DNA of 64,000 nucleotides from an uncultured Actinomycetes bacterium (GCA_903873185.1 CAIQNN010000036.1:3639-67638); one strand, 5' to 3'. Shown: positions 22,034 through 31,309, counted from the stretch's first letter. A program made the numbers and translations. The notes: generated by a model from the sequence alone, not told the origin.

Positions 22034-22055
22034 AGAAGGTGATCTTTAGGTGAAT
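22034..22055 (-). promoter_or_regulatory. PHO-box-like direct repeats upstream of the phosphonate operon
   Basis: Minus-strand reading: ATTCACCTAAA GATCACCTTCT, two 11-nt units resembling the actinobacterial PhoP/RegX3 unit GTTCACC-N4. Lies 62 nt upstream of ATG 21972. Confidence 0.35.
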
Positions 22056-22061
22056 TCTTTT

Positions 22062-22988
22062 TTAGCGATTACTCCGACTTTCGGCGGTGATAACTAGCAC
22101 CACACCTGTAATAACAATCGCGCCACCAATAAATATGGATGGACTGGCTTTTTCATGCAAGAAAATTGTTCCTAAGAAAACAGCGATCACTGGGTTTACA
22201 TAGGCATAAGTTGAGGTCAACGAAACTGGGGCATTGCTCGCCAGCCATAAGTAGGCGCTGTAAGCGACGATTGACCCAATTAAAACTAAATACAGCAAAG
22301 CCCACATCGATGAAGCAGATGCATGTGCGAAACTGCTAATCCGCTCACCCCGGATGAGCGCAACTATAAAAAGGCTCAATCCCCCTGCGAACATCTCATA
22401 TGTTGTCAGAACCAGCGCATTCTTCGGCAACGCAACTTTACGAGAGAGGAAAGTTCCCAAAGCCCAACCGATATTTCCAATAAGAATCATGACCATCCAG
22501 AACAATAATTTCCCATTGCTCGCTCCATTAATTGCATGGACCTGGCCTGGTTTGAGAAGTATCGCAACTCCGCAAAATCCGACAACTACGCCGATCCAAC
22601 TTAACTTAGCGGGGTGATCGCCAGTCATCGCGCGGAAGATAGCAATCCAAAAAGGCATGGCAGAAATTATGAGAGCCACAATTCCGCTCGGCACGGTGTG
22701 CTCGGCAAGTGAAACATTGCCAATACCAAATCCAAGCAGGAGAAATCCCATGATCGATGCTGCTGCAATTTCACGGCCTGGCACCTTGAGCGCCTTCCAA
22801 CCATCCTTCGCGATCAATACCAAACCCAAGATAACCCCGGCGCTCATAAAGCGGATTGCCATCGAGAGCAGTGAAGGCATAGTTTTTATAGCTATTGCGA
22901 TTGCAAAATAGGTCGATCCCCAAATCAAATAAACCGTCCAGAGGTTTATCCAAGTTGTTCGCTTTTTATTGATAGTAAAACCAACCAT
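22062..22988 (-). CDS. EamA/DMT-family transporter
   Basis: 308 aa, 10 TM segments in two EamA-like halves. Confidence 0.8.
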   Translation of the reverse strand: MVGFTINKKRTTWINLWTVYLIWGSTYFAIAIAIKTMPSLLSMAIRFMSAGVILGLVLIAKDGWKALKVPGREIAAASIMGFLLLGFGIGNVSLAEHTVPSGIVALIISAMPFWIAIFRAMTGDHPAKLSWIGVVVGFCGVAILLKPGQVHAINGASNGKLLFWMVMILIGNIGWALGTFLSRKVALPKNALVLTTYEMFAGGLSLFIVALIRGERISSFAHASASSMWALLYLVLIGSIVAYSAYLWLASNAPVSLTSTYAYVNPVIAVFLGTIFLHEKASPSIFIGGAIVITGVVLVITAESRSNR

Positions 22989-23007
22989 GCTTGATTGTAA
23001 AGGGTAT

Positions 23008-24438
23008 TTAGTTCGTGGCTGTTGCCACCATCAACCAATCGACGACGTCTGGTGCGCTCCAGCCTTCGGGGTGAAGCTTCAATAGCTCCTTTGATCCTTC
23101 AATATCCGATCCCAAGGTAACGATCGGGAGTTCGTCGTAACCACTACGACGGTGCTGACCCAATCCAATGTTTGCCGTTAGCCCATTGCACAAGCAATGT
23201 CTGCCGTGAGTCTCTTCAGCAATTCCGCCTTTTTTCACATACATATCTACTGGTTCACCAGGGCAGCGGTAATCGATACGGCCATTGGGATTCAAAAATG
23301 GTGTTCTCAAATATCCTAAATCACAGAGCGCACTTCGGTTTTCCATTGCGTCGGCATCAGTCAAACTTCCAGCTAGATGTGCAATTTTTATTGGAAATCC
23401 CGTTGGTGAAGCGGCTGCATCGGTAGCGATTTTTAAATGATCTAAACGAATTTCTTCCAATAACTGCGATCTAATTTCCTGCGCTAAACCAGAATCATTG
23501 CACAACGCAAATAAAGTACCGACTTGCACGCCTTTTGCGCCAAGAGCAAGCGCCTCTTTTAATTTATCTGGGGAGCCATATGCACCTGCCAACCAAAATG
23601 GAATTCCAAGCGTGGCCATCTTTACTAAGTTTGGCTCATCTCTATCGGTATAAATCGGCTCATTCTGCTCGTCATACTTCTTGCTACGCGGTGGCGCATT
23701 GTGACCGCCAGCGCGATGACCTTCAATCACGAAACCATCTGGTCGCGTTAGATCATCTTTTGCTAGGTATGAAGCTAAAACATCTGATGAAACGATAGCG
23801 ACAAATTTTGGCGCCACCATCTTTGGTAGGTGTGCACCCAATACAGCTTTTGGATCCAACTTAAGAACTACTGGATCAGTTCCGATCACTTCAACGTGTA
23901 TCGAACCTTCTTCTCCCGCCGCAAAATTCTTTATCAAACTAGGAATCTCTCGGGGAATTCCCGCGCCCATAAGAACATAATCGACGCCCGCCAACATGGC
24001 ACCCAAAATCGAGGCAGGTGTGGCCATTTGTATTTTTTCCAGAAAGTTAATTCCTACAACACCATCGTGACCTTCTTTTGCCAACCAAACTTCAGCAAAA
24101 TTACTGGCCACGACAAGTTCGGTTGCCTCTTGGCTAGGAGTCAATGAAGGTTTTGGAACAAGCATGTAGGTCTCATCATTTTTACGTGGCTCAGCACGGA
24201 AGTAACGAGTCAAAATTCGATTTGCGACCTCTTGTGATGGGAAGTGTGACAAGGCGCGACGAATGCTGCCATCCAGGTCACCATTTTGAAGTCGGCGAAC
24301 AATCACGGTATCTACCGCAGTCCCGGAGACCACGCCCATCTGACCTTTAAGTGCAACTGATTTGGCCAACGTCCAATTAGAGAGACCAACGCCCATTCCA
24401 CCTTGAATAATGGTCGGGAAGGTTTCAATTTGGCTCAT
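23008..24438 (-). CDS. Nitronate monooxygenase (NMO / 2-nitropropane dioxygenase-like) family flavoprotein
   Basis: Start set at ATG 24438 (MSQIETFPTIIQGGMGVG...). FMN-binding TIM-barrel motifs GGMGVG and AGGHN. Confidence 0.75.
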   Translation of the reverse strand: MSQIETFPTIIQGGMGVGLSNWTLAKSVALKGQMGVVSGTAVDTVIVRRLQNGDLDGSIRRALSHFPSQEVANRILTRYFRAEPRKNDETYMLVPKPSLTPSQEATELVVASNFAEVWLAKEGHDGVVGINFLEKIQMATPASILGAMLAGVDYVLMGAGIPREIPSLIKNFAAGEEGSIHVEVIGTDPVVLKLDPKAVLGAHLPKMVAPKFVAIVSSDVLASYLAKDDLTRPDGFVIEGHRAGGHNAPPRSKKYDEQNEPIYTDRDEPNLVKMATLGIPFWLAGAYGSPDKLKEALALGAKGVQVGTLFALCNDSGLAQEIRSQLLEEIRLDHLKIATDAAASPTGFPIKIAHLAGSLTDADAMENRSALCDLGYLRTPFLNPNGRIDYRCPGEPVDMYVKKGGIAEETHGRHCLCNGLTANIGLGQHRRSGYDELPIVTLGSDIEGSKELLKLHPEGWSAPDVVDWLMVATATN

Positions 24439-24817
24439 GTATGAACAGACCTTTCTTGCAGATAACAACGGCACCACAATAGAGAGTGACTGGTGAGTAG
24501 GAAAATCTAACTACCGAGCCACCACTCCTTCAGGCGACTTTACGCTTCAAAGGGGCTGCCGCGAAGTATTTAGTCAAAGATAAGCTTGATTGGCACAGCC
24601 TTTAGCGCCTAAGGATGTCGATGCGACCCTCTGGGCTTCAAAATTAGGTTTGGCAGGGCTGGGGCTGGAATATAACCACCGATGCGACTAAGTGCACCTA
24701 TGAACGCGGGCAGTTAGCAACCAATTCAGGTTACGATGGGATTATTGCCAAACCTTGTAGATTTGCTTTTTCTTATGTGGTTCTCAATCGTGCAATCGCC
24801 AAGTATTGGAGTAATCA

Positions 24818-25012
24818 ATGACCGAAAGAGTTCTTTCGTTAGTTGAACAAAGAGAGTCAAGTCATCTAGGTGCTAAGTTGATGAAAGTTATTCCGTATGA
24901 GTATCGGGATAATTTTTACAATGTGTTAAAAGAACATACAAAGGTCGAAGATTTACCCGAACCTTACAGAACTTATATGAGCAATCCGTTTCAAAGTTAT
25001 ATGAAAGAATAA
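24818..25012 (+). CDS. Hypothetical 64-aa protein in an AT-rich spacer
   Basis: Only ORF of 60 aa or more in 24478..25206. Its ATG overlaps (ATGA) the stop of a start-less 57-codon frame upstream. No recognisable motifs. Confidence 0.3.
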   Translation: MTERVLSLVEQRESSHLGAKLMKVIPYEYRDNFYNVLKEHTKVEDLPEPYRTYMSNPFQSYMKE

Positions 25013-25152
25013 TTCCGACACTCTTTTATGATAAAGAAAGTTCTAACGACCATGAATAGTTGCGTTAAGAATTGCGCTTTGTTTTACGACATTAACGGAT
25101 GCGCTAAAAGTTAGAAGTCGGACCCGAGTATTTCATCAGCCCGTGAATAGAT

Positions 25153-25193
25153 GGCGCCCATCAGGATTGAACTGACGACCTTCCCCTTACAAG
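25153..25193 (-). repeat. Partial copy of the 3' half of tRNA-Thr (att-like direct repeat)
   Basis: 25161..25184 is identical to 26401..26424 (24 nt: T-arm, variable region and part of the anticodon stem). About 36 of 41 positions match across 25153..25193 versus 26393..26433. The acceptor-stem part differs. Confidence 0.85.
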
Positions 25194-25206
25194 TCCACGC
25201 AACCTA

Positions 25207-26358
25207 TTAGTGAGCCGAATCAATAACTCTTCGTCTGAATGCAACGCTGCCAATTCGGGGCGATTGAGCCAGTACAAGAGTAAGCACTGACAGCGAAAGG
25301 GAGACAATTTGTTCACGGAGAATTTCATGGGGGTAAATTAGATTTACCCAGCCTTGACACAAGCTGATCGCAATTTGACCGAAAGCAACAAAATGAAAAA
25401 GATTCAAGTTCTTGAAGGAATGCACAATTACGAATAAATAGATTGTTAGAAAGAAGAAAAGTACGGGAATTATTAAAGACCCAATTTGAGATTGATCAAA
25501 CGATCCGTTTTGAAGTGAATTGCCATACTCGAAAGCTTTTATCCACCCTACGAATGGAGCGCCAAAAACGCCGGTCTGGTAATGATTTGGGAAGACATGA
25601 AATACCCCCTTTATGTACACATACCAAACTGAAAGAACTGGGATTCCTGCAATGATAGAAATTAATCGGATCATTCGCTTTTCAAAAAGAATCTTTCGAT
25701 TAAATGCAATCTCATAAATGAGGACCGTAAGAATCAAAATCACATATTGCTCTTTATCAAGACAAAGAAAAATGGATAGCAACATCAATATCCAGGCTTT
25801 GGTTTCATTCTTGACTACGAAATAAAGGAATGTTACGACGAGCGCCATTCCAATTGTTTCGGTAGTTGAATTAATGGCGGCATAGTAAATTCCAGGATTT
25901 GCAATAAATAAAAGCCCAAGCCATGGTGAGAGTTCAAAATGCATTGCCAGTTTAGAAAGATAATAAATCCCAACTCCAACTCCCGCGAGTGAAAGAAAAA
26001 CCAGTACGAGTGGCACAAATTTCGCATTTCCGAAAGAGAGGAGGTAAGCGAGCCAACCATGCAGAGGGTGCCCGTATCGGTAGGGAGCTTGATCGATCAA
26101 TTGATGAGCACGCGAAGTGGCGAGTGGATCAATACCAATTGCGTAGTAATAGACACCGTCGTAGTGAGATACGTTATTAACAAAAGCAAAATTGGCATCT
26201 GCCGCTCGCGCTAATGTGCCGTACGGTTCACCACTGAACATATGAATATAGGCGGAAGGGACGAGGCGCCAATTTGTGGCGGCGATGAGAGCCAGGAATG
26301 CGCCCAAGACTCCTAAGAGCGCAATTTTTACTTCCCGCACAGGGGCCTGATTTGTCAC
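25207..26358 (-). CDS. Polytopic membrane protein, possible GT-C-type glycosyltransferase/polymerase
   Basis: 383 aa with about 10-11 TM segments. N-terminal loop HYDGVYYYAIGIDPL...YRYGHPLHGWLAYLL resembles PIG-V/PMT-like GT-C motifs. Visibly more AT-rich than the flanking genes. Confidence 0.5.
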   Translation of the reverse strand: MTNQAPVREVKIALLGVLGAFLALIAATNWRLVPSAYIHMFSGEPYGTLARAADANFAFVNNVSHYDGVYYYAIGIDPLATSRAHQLIDQAPYRYGHPLHGWLAYLLSFGNAKFVPLVLVFLSLAGVGVGIYYLSKLAMHFELSPWLGLLFIANPGIYYAAINSTTETIGMALVVTFLYFVVKNETKAWILMLLSIFLCLDKEQYVILILTVLIYEIAFNRKILFEKRMIRLISIIAGIPVLSVWYVYIKGVFHVFPNHYQTGVFGAPFVGWIKAFEYGNSLQNGSFDQSQIGSLIIPVLFFFLTIYLFVIVHSFKNLNLFHFVAFGQIAISLCQGWVNLIYPHEILREQIVSLSLSVLTLVLAQSPRIGSVAFRRRVIDSAH

Positions 26359-26388
26359 GGAAGAAGTGTAAGTGTCATAAAACTAGAA

Positions 26389-26463
26389 TGGAGCCCCCCG
26401 TCAGGATTGAACTGACGACCTTCCGCTTACAAGGCGGATGCTCTACCACTGAGCTAGGGAGGC
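26389..26463 (-). tRNA. tRNA-Thr (anticodon UGU), CCA encoded
   Basis: Reverse complement: GCCTCCC TA GCTC AGTGGTA GAGC A TCCGC CTTGTAA GCGGA AGGTC GTCAG TTCAATC CTGAC GGGGGGC T CCA. Full cloverleaf with one G-U pair in the acceptor stem. Confidence 0.93.
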
Positions 26464-26566
26464 CAGGCCCGCAATTACGTCCAGGCCAGTGGGCAATTAT
26501 GACACGCTTCAATCAGAGCTGAGACCCCGCGCTTGGTCAGCGGGAAAATGCTAGTAAGTTCGGCTC

Positions 26567-27484
26567 ATGCGCTTAGGAGTTCTGGATGTCGGCTCAAATA
26601 CCGTTCATCTGCAGGTTGTGGACACCCATCCAGGCGCCCGACCAAACCCAACCTTTAACTATAAAGAGGAACTTCGCCTAACCGATTACCTAGATTCGGG
26701 AAATAACATCTCCGAGGAAGGAATCACACAACTGCGCCTCTGTATCAAGCATGCCGTTACTCAAGCAAAGTCGGTTCAAACTACAGAGCTCCTCCCATTT
26801 GCAACCTCGGCGCTTCGAGACGCGAACAATGGCGAGGCAATAATCAAGCAATTAAATACTGATTTCGAAATTGATCTGCAGGTTTTAACTGGGGAAGAAG
26901 AAGCAAAATTAACGTTTTTAGCCGCCAGGCGTTGGTTTGGTTGGTCTAGTGGCCGATTACTAGTGATTGATATTGGTGGCGGATCCCTCGAGATCGCCGT
27001 GGGGGTTGATGAATCTCCCGAAGTCGCCGTTTCGTTGCCGCTTGGTGCCGGGCGGTTGACTAAAAATCATTTAGTTGGCGATCCCCATACCGAAAAAAGT
27101 ATTCGTGCTTTAAGAGACCATATTGAATCGCAATTGGATGAAGTTTTGCCGGCGCTGGTGCATCATCAAGTTTCTGACCGAGCAATTGCGACCAGCAAAA
27201 CGCTGCGAACCTTGGCTCGATTGGCGGGAGATTGGTACGGCGGCAACGGCAAAGTTATAAAGGTCGATGCCATTAGAAAGATGTCCGTACGGCTGGCGGA
27301 GATGACGTTAGATGAACGGACCAGGCTGCCCGGAGTGTCCGCAAACCGAGCCCGCCAAATTGTTGCAGGAGCCTTCGTTACAGAGAGCGTGATGCGCAAT
27401 TTAGATCTTAATGAGCTGGAAATTTGCCCCTGGGCGCTGCGCGAGGGCGTAGTACTTAAATGGATGGATTGGATGGAATCTTAG
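26567..27484 (+). CDS. ppx: Ppx/GppA-family phosphatase (exopolyphosphatase)
   Basis: 305 aa. LGVLDVGSNTVHLQVVD and DIGGGSLEI (ASKHA phosphate-binding motifs). Confidence 0.85.
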   Translation: MRLGVLDVGSNTVHLQVVDTHPGARPNPTFNYKEELRLTDYLDSGNNISEEGITQLRLCIKHAVTQAKSVQTTELLPFATSALRDANNGEAIIKQLNTDFEIDLQVLTGEEEAKLTFLAARRWFGWSSGRLLVIDIGGGSLEIAVGVDESPEVAVSLPLGAGRLTKNHLVGDPHTEKSIRALRDHIESQLDEVLPALVHHQVSDRAIATSKTLRTLARLAGDWYGGNGKVIKVDAIRKMSVRLAEMTLDERTRLPGVSANRARQIVAGAFVTESVMRNLDLNELEICPWALREGVVLKWMDWMES

Positions 27485-27491
27485 AAAGTAT

Positions 27492-28382
27492 TTAGATCGT
27501 TGGGGCGGCTAATCGATCTACTTGAAAGACTTCCTTCTTGCGATGATGAACTACCCAGGCCTCACCTGGTAATAGCTTTGAATCCGGGAGTTCCACATCA
27601 ACTTTTCGCGTTAATTTCTCTAACATTCGTGGCAAAACTGGGTTGTGACTGCAGAGTAAAAGGGTCTCTTTTTTCTTAATCAAATCTTTAGCAAAATCAA
27701 TCGCCTTCTCTTTATTCCTTTTGAAGGTGTATTCGCTAAGTTGCTGGGCAACAATCGGCTCGATATTTAGCGCTTTTGCCATAAGTGAGACGGTATCCAT
27801 GCAACGTACGGCATCTGAAGTATAAATCTCTTCCAAACCAAATACTTGATACAGCGAGAGCATGCGTTTGGCTTGCAATTGTCCTGTTAGCTCCAGCGGT
27901 CGATCATCGTCATCGCCTTGCCACTCTTGGCGAGCCAACGCTTTAGCGTGGCGCAACATGATGAAGGCCTCAGAATCAAAGGGTGAATCAAGGAATTTTT
28001 GCAGGATCTCGCGATCACTTTCGCGGGTCAGTCGATCAAGTCCATCGGTAACCGATAGCCACTCCATGGCATCTACTTCGTTATTGGCGTGAAAGGCATG
28101 CTCTTCGCCGATAACTTTCGCAGACCAATAGCTAACTTCTTTCAATCCATCGGGCACGTAATATTCAACAGTTCCGATGAAGGGTCCCAACTTAATTTTA
28201 AGATTAGTTTCCTCCATTACTTCGCGGTAAGCGCAAGCAATAAGCGTCTCGCCAAGCTCCAATTTTCCTTTTGGTAGCGACCAATCGTCATAGCGAGGGC
28301 GATGAATTACCGCGACCGAGATTGATTCGTCCTCATTTGCACGCCAAACCACAGCGCCTGCGGCATAAATTGGAGAAGTCAT
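27492..28382 (-). CDS. mutT1: NUDIX hydrolase fused to a histidine-phosphatase (SixA-like) domain, MutT1-like
   Basis: 296 aa. Nudix box GKLELGETLIACAYREVMEETN and C-terminal LRHAKA...SHNPV. Overlaps the ppk1 stop by 4 nt, as in the mycobacterial ppk1-mutT1 pair. Confidence 0.8.
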   Translation of the reverse strand: MTSPIYAAGAVVWRANEDESISVAVIHRPRYDDWSLPKGKLELGETLIACAYREVMEETNLKIKLGPFIGTVEYYVPDGLKEVSYWSAKVIGEEHAFHANNEVDAMEWLSVTDGLDRLTRESDREILQKFLDSPFDSEAFIMLRHAKALARQEWQGDDDDRPLELTGQLQAKRMLSLYQVFGLEEIYTSDAVRCMDTVSLMAKALNIEPIVAQQLSEYTFKRNKEKAIDFAKDLIKKKETLLLCSHNPVLPRMLEKLTRKVDVELPDSKLLPGEAWVVHHRKKEVFQVDRLAAPTI

Positions 28383-30463
28383 CCGCGCGCTCGATAACGC
28401 TCAATAGAAAGGGTATGTAAATCTTCGAGCGGAGCACCCGCGGAATCCAATTTCGTTCTGCCCCAACCGCCGTAGTTATCCATACTCCAATGAGAAATCG
28501 CTGGAGAGAGGTAATCATCGATCGTTTGAATTAAGAATTTCTTGTGATCGGCCTGGACGATTTTGACCATGCTTTCGACTCTTCGATCTAAGTTTCGATG
28601 CATTAAGTCAGCACTACCGATCCATAATTCTTCTTCGCCACCATTTGCGAAGTGAAAAATTCTCGAGTGTTCTAAGAACCGTCCCAAAATCGAAAAAACT
28701 CTAATATTTTCCGAGAGCCCAGGAACGCCGGTTCGAATGGCGCATATGCCTCGAACTATTAAATCAACTTTAACGCCGGCAATTGATGCCTTATAAAGAT
28801 GCTCAATAAATTCTTCATCCAAGATCGAGTTTAATTTCATGCGAATATATGCCGGCTTGCCGGCTTTATGGTTCTCAATTTCTTTCTCAATGCGCTCGAG
28901 CAATCCGCTTCGAAGTGTTCGTGGCGCGACCAATAGTCGAGAAAAAGAAGTCTGAGGCGCGAATCCCGAAAGTTGGTTAAAAAGCTTATTGACATCGTCT
29001 CCGAGCACCGGATCAGCACTTAATATTCCAAAGTCTTCGTACGAGCGTGCGGTCTTAGGATTGTAATTACCGGTACCCATGTGGACATATCGCCGGATTC
29101 CCTTGGTTTCTTCGCGAACGACCAGTGATAATTTAGCGTGGGTCTTATAGCCAACCAGGCCATAAACCACATGTACGCCGACATCTTCAAGCGCCCTGGC
29201 CCAACGCACGTTAGCTAGTTCATCAAAGCGAGCTCGAATTTCGACAACGGCAAGAACTTGCTTTCCAGCTTCGGCAGCTTCGATCAAAGCTTGCACAATC
29301 GGAGAATCACCAGAGGTGCGATAAAGCGTTTGCTTAATGGCGAGTACATGAGGATCGCTTGCGGCAGCCTGAAGAAAGCGAACCACTGAAGAGGTAAATG
29401 ATTCGTAAGGATGGTGCAAAATAATTTCACGTCGACGAATCGCATCAAAGAAGTCATCATTTGAATCTGGGTCGACATCGCGAAGATCCGTAGCAACTTG
29501 ATTTCGAAATGCTGGAAACTTTAATTCTGGTCGATCAATATCGGCCACGCGAAAGAGGCCAGTTAAATCCAGTGGCTCTGGATATCGGCTGATTTCTTGC
29601 TCGCGAATTCCAAGCTCATCCATAAGTGTGCGAAGCAATTCCGGTTGAATTGAGGAATCAACTTCGAGTCGCACAGGTGGTCCAAATTTGCGGCGAAGTA
29701 ACTCTTGCTCCATTGAGGCCAGTAAGTTTTCAGATTCTTCTTCTTCAAGTTCAAGGTCCGCATTTCTGGTCAATCTAAAGGTGTAGTAATCCTTGATTTC
29801 CATTCCTGGAAAAAGCTCGGAAAGATTGGCGATGATTACTTGCTCAAGCGGAATGAATCGCTTTGCTTCGTACTGCGCGGCTTCTACAAATCGCGGTAAA
29901 TTTGAAGGCACCTTAACGCGCGCAAACAATTCCTGATCGCTATCGGGTTTGCGAACTACCACTGCCAGATTGAGTGATAGACCAGAAATATAGGGAAATG
30001 GATGCGATGGATCGACTGCTAGTGGCGTGAGAACTGGAAAGATTCGTTCGTGAAAAATTTTGTTAACGTAGTTCTTTTCTTCCGGATTTAAATCACTCCA
30101 CTTAGAGATTTCAATTCCCTCGGCGGCAAGCGCTGGCAAGATTTCACCGTGAAAAACTTTTGCCTGTCGATCGGTAAGTTCTTGAGTCTTGCGGGAGATC
30201 GCAGTCATTAATTGAGCCGGTGCGTAACCCGCCGTATTGATTTTTGTGATTCCTGCATCAAGCTTGCGCTTGAGTGTTGCAACCCGGATCATAAAGAAGT
30301 CATCGAGGTTTGCGGAGAAAATTGCGAGGAACCGACACCGTTCAAGCAGCGGCGTGGCTGGGTCTTCGGCTAGCTCTAAAACTCGCTCATTGAATGCGAG
30401 CCAACTCAACTCCCGATCGATAAGCCGCTCGCGCGGGTTTTCGGCGATCGAATGGGAAGACAT
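28379..30463 (-). CDS. ppk: Polyphosphate kinase 1
   Basis: Start set at ATG 30463 (MSSHSIAENPRERLIDRELSWLAFNERVLELAED). YKTHAKLSLVVR autophosphorylation-His region and two PLD-like domains. Confidence 0.92.
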   Translation of the reverse strand: MSSHSIAENPRERLIDRELSWLAFNERVLELAEDPATPLLERCRFLAIFSANLDDFFMIRVATLKRKLDAGITKINTAGYAPAQLMTAISRKTQELTDRQAKVFHGEILPALAAEGIEISKWSDLNPEEKNYVNKIFHERIFPVLTPLAVDPSHPFPYISGLSLNLAVVVRKPDSDQELFARVKVPSNLPRFVEAAQYEAKRFIPLEQVIIANLSELFPGMEIKDYYTFRLTRNADLELEEEESENLLASMEQELLRRKFGPPVRLEVDSSIQPELLRTLMDELGIREQEISRYPEPLDLTGLFRVADIDRPELKFPAFRNQVATDLRDVDPDSNDDFFDAIRRREIILHHPYESFTSSVVRFLQAAASDPHVLAIKQTLYRTSGDSPIVQALIEAAEAGKQVLAVVEIRARFDELANVRWARALEDVGVHVVYGLVGYKTHAKLSLVVREETKGIRRYVHMGTGNYNPKTARSYEDFGILSADPVLGDDVNKLFNQLSGFAPQTSFSRLLVAPRTLRSGLLERIEKEIENHKAGKPAYIRMKLNSILDEEFIEHLYKASIAGVKVDLIVRGICAIRTGVPGLSENIRVFSILGRFLEHSRIFHFANGGEEELWIGSADLMHRNLDRRVESMVKIVQADHKKFLIQTIDDYLSPAISHWSMDNYGGWGRTKLDSAGAPLEDLHTLSIERYRARG

Positions 30464-30485
30464 GAGGAGTAGTTTGCTAGAAAAG

Positions 30486-30503
30486 GGTGAACAACAGGTA
30501 ACC
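30486..30503 (-). promoter_or_regulatory. PHO-box-like repeats upstream of ppk1
   Basis: Minus-strand reading: GGTTACCTGTTGTTCACC (GTTACC then GTTCACC, about 10-11 nt apart), 23-40 nt upstream of ATG 30463. Confidence 0.25.
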
Positions 30504-30532
30504 AAATAGTCGTTATTGCCTGAATTGCCAGA

Positions 30533-31309
30533 TTAGGAGAGCAAAACGGGGGCGGAATGCTTAGCCGAGCGCCCATCCCCGGAAGACCTGCCCCGAATCC
30601 GACGCCACACCCATGGCAAGGCAAAGCCAACTAACCAGGAGAAATCAGCGCGGAAATCGGCGAAAAAGTGGGATTTTGGCGCCGGCGGTAATGGAATTTT
30701 CCAACCTGGGTCAAAGGGCGCGCCCAGAACTTCGAGCACTCCTTGGGCAACCCGCCAATGTCCGGCTTCGTTCAGATGCAATCGATCGGTGGCTAAGAAG
30801 CGGCGATCAGAGAGAAAGAGTGCCACATTCCATTCGATCAGCAGGGCGCCAGTTTCAGCGGCCACGCGTCGCACATTTTGGTTGAAATCTTTGAATCGAG
30901 TCTCCCAAAGTTCAGCGGTCTTACCTTTGCCAGTTGCCTTTTCGATCACGGTGAAGAGCATCAATGTCGCGCCAGTTTCGGCGAGCTCTTTTGCGCCGCG
31001 CTCGTATAACGCGAAAGTAATCTCGGGCCGGTAGTTGGGCCGCAAAACATCATTAGCGCCGGCATGAAAGGTGATCAAAGTTTGTGGTCCAGAAATATAT
31101 TTCTTAGCAATGGGGATTTGATCTTCGATTACTTGCCCCAATAATTTGCCGCGAATTGCCATATTAAAATAGGTGAATCCCGGCGAAAGCGTTGCCAAGG
31201 TGTCAGCAGTTCGATCGGCCCAGCCACGGTAATTGCCATCATGAATTTCATCGCACATGCCCTCGGTCATTGAATCTCCGAGGGCGATGTAACGATCAAA
31301 GGTCGGCAT
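30533..31309 (-). CDS. SGNH/GDSL-family hydrolase
   Basis: 258 aa. Block I IALGDSMTEG, block III GANDV, block V DRLHLN. Confidence 0.8.
   Translation of the reverse strand: MPTFDRYIALGDSMTEGMCDEIHDGNYRGWADRTADTLATLSPGFTYFNMAIRGKLLGQVIEDQIPIAKKYISGPQTLITFHAGANDVLRPNYRPEITFALYERGAKELAETGATLMLFTVIEKATGKGKTAELWETRFKDFNQNVRRVAAETGALLIEWNVALFLSDRRFLATDRLHLNEAGHWRVAQGVLEVLGAPFDPGWKIPLPPAPKSHFFADFRADFSWLVGFALPWVWRRIRGRSSGDGRSAKHSAPVLLS

Noticed and set aside
24640-24820. Idea that ...NSGYDGIIAKPCRF...YVVLN... is the C-terminus of a RES-domain toxin
   Set aside because: The spacing between the putative Arg/Glu/Ser regions is far too short, and the key residues cannot be identified. The resemblance is limited to a GxDGI-like patch.
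24478-26463. Search for an integrase, transposase or phage genes at the tRNA-Thr locus
   Set aside because: No ORF of 60 aa or more with recombinase-like features occurs on either strand. I therefore describe only an att-like repeat and an islet remnant, not an active mobile element.
26464-26566. Possible riboswitch or leader upstream of ppx
   Set aside because: It has only a short CCGC/GCGG hairpin. I could not recognise any conserved riboswitch core.
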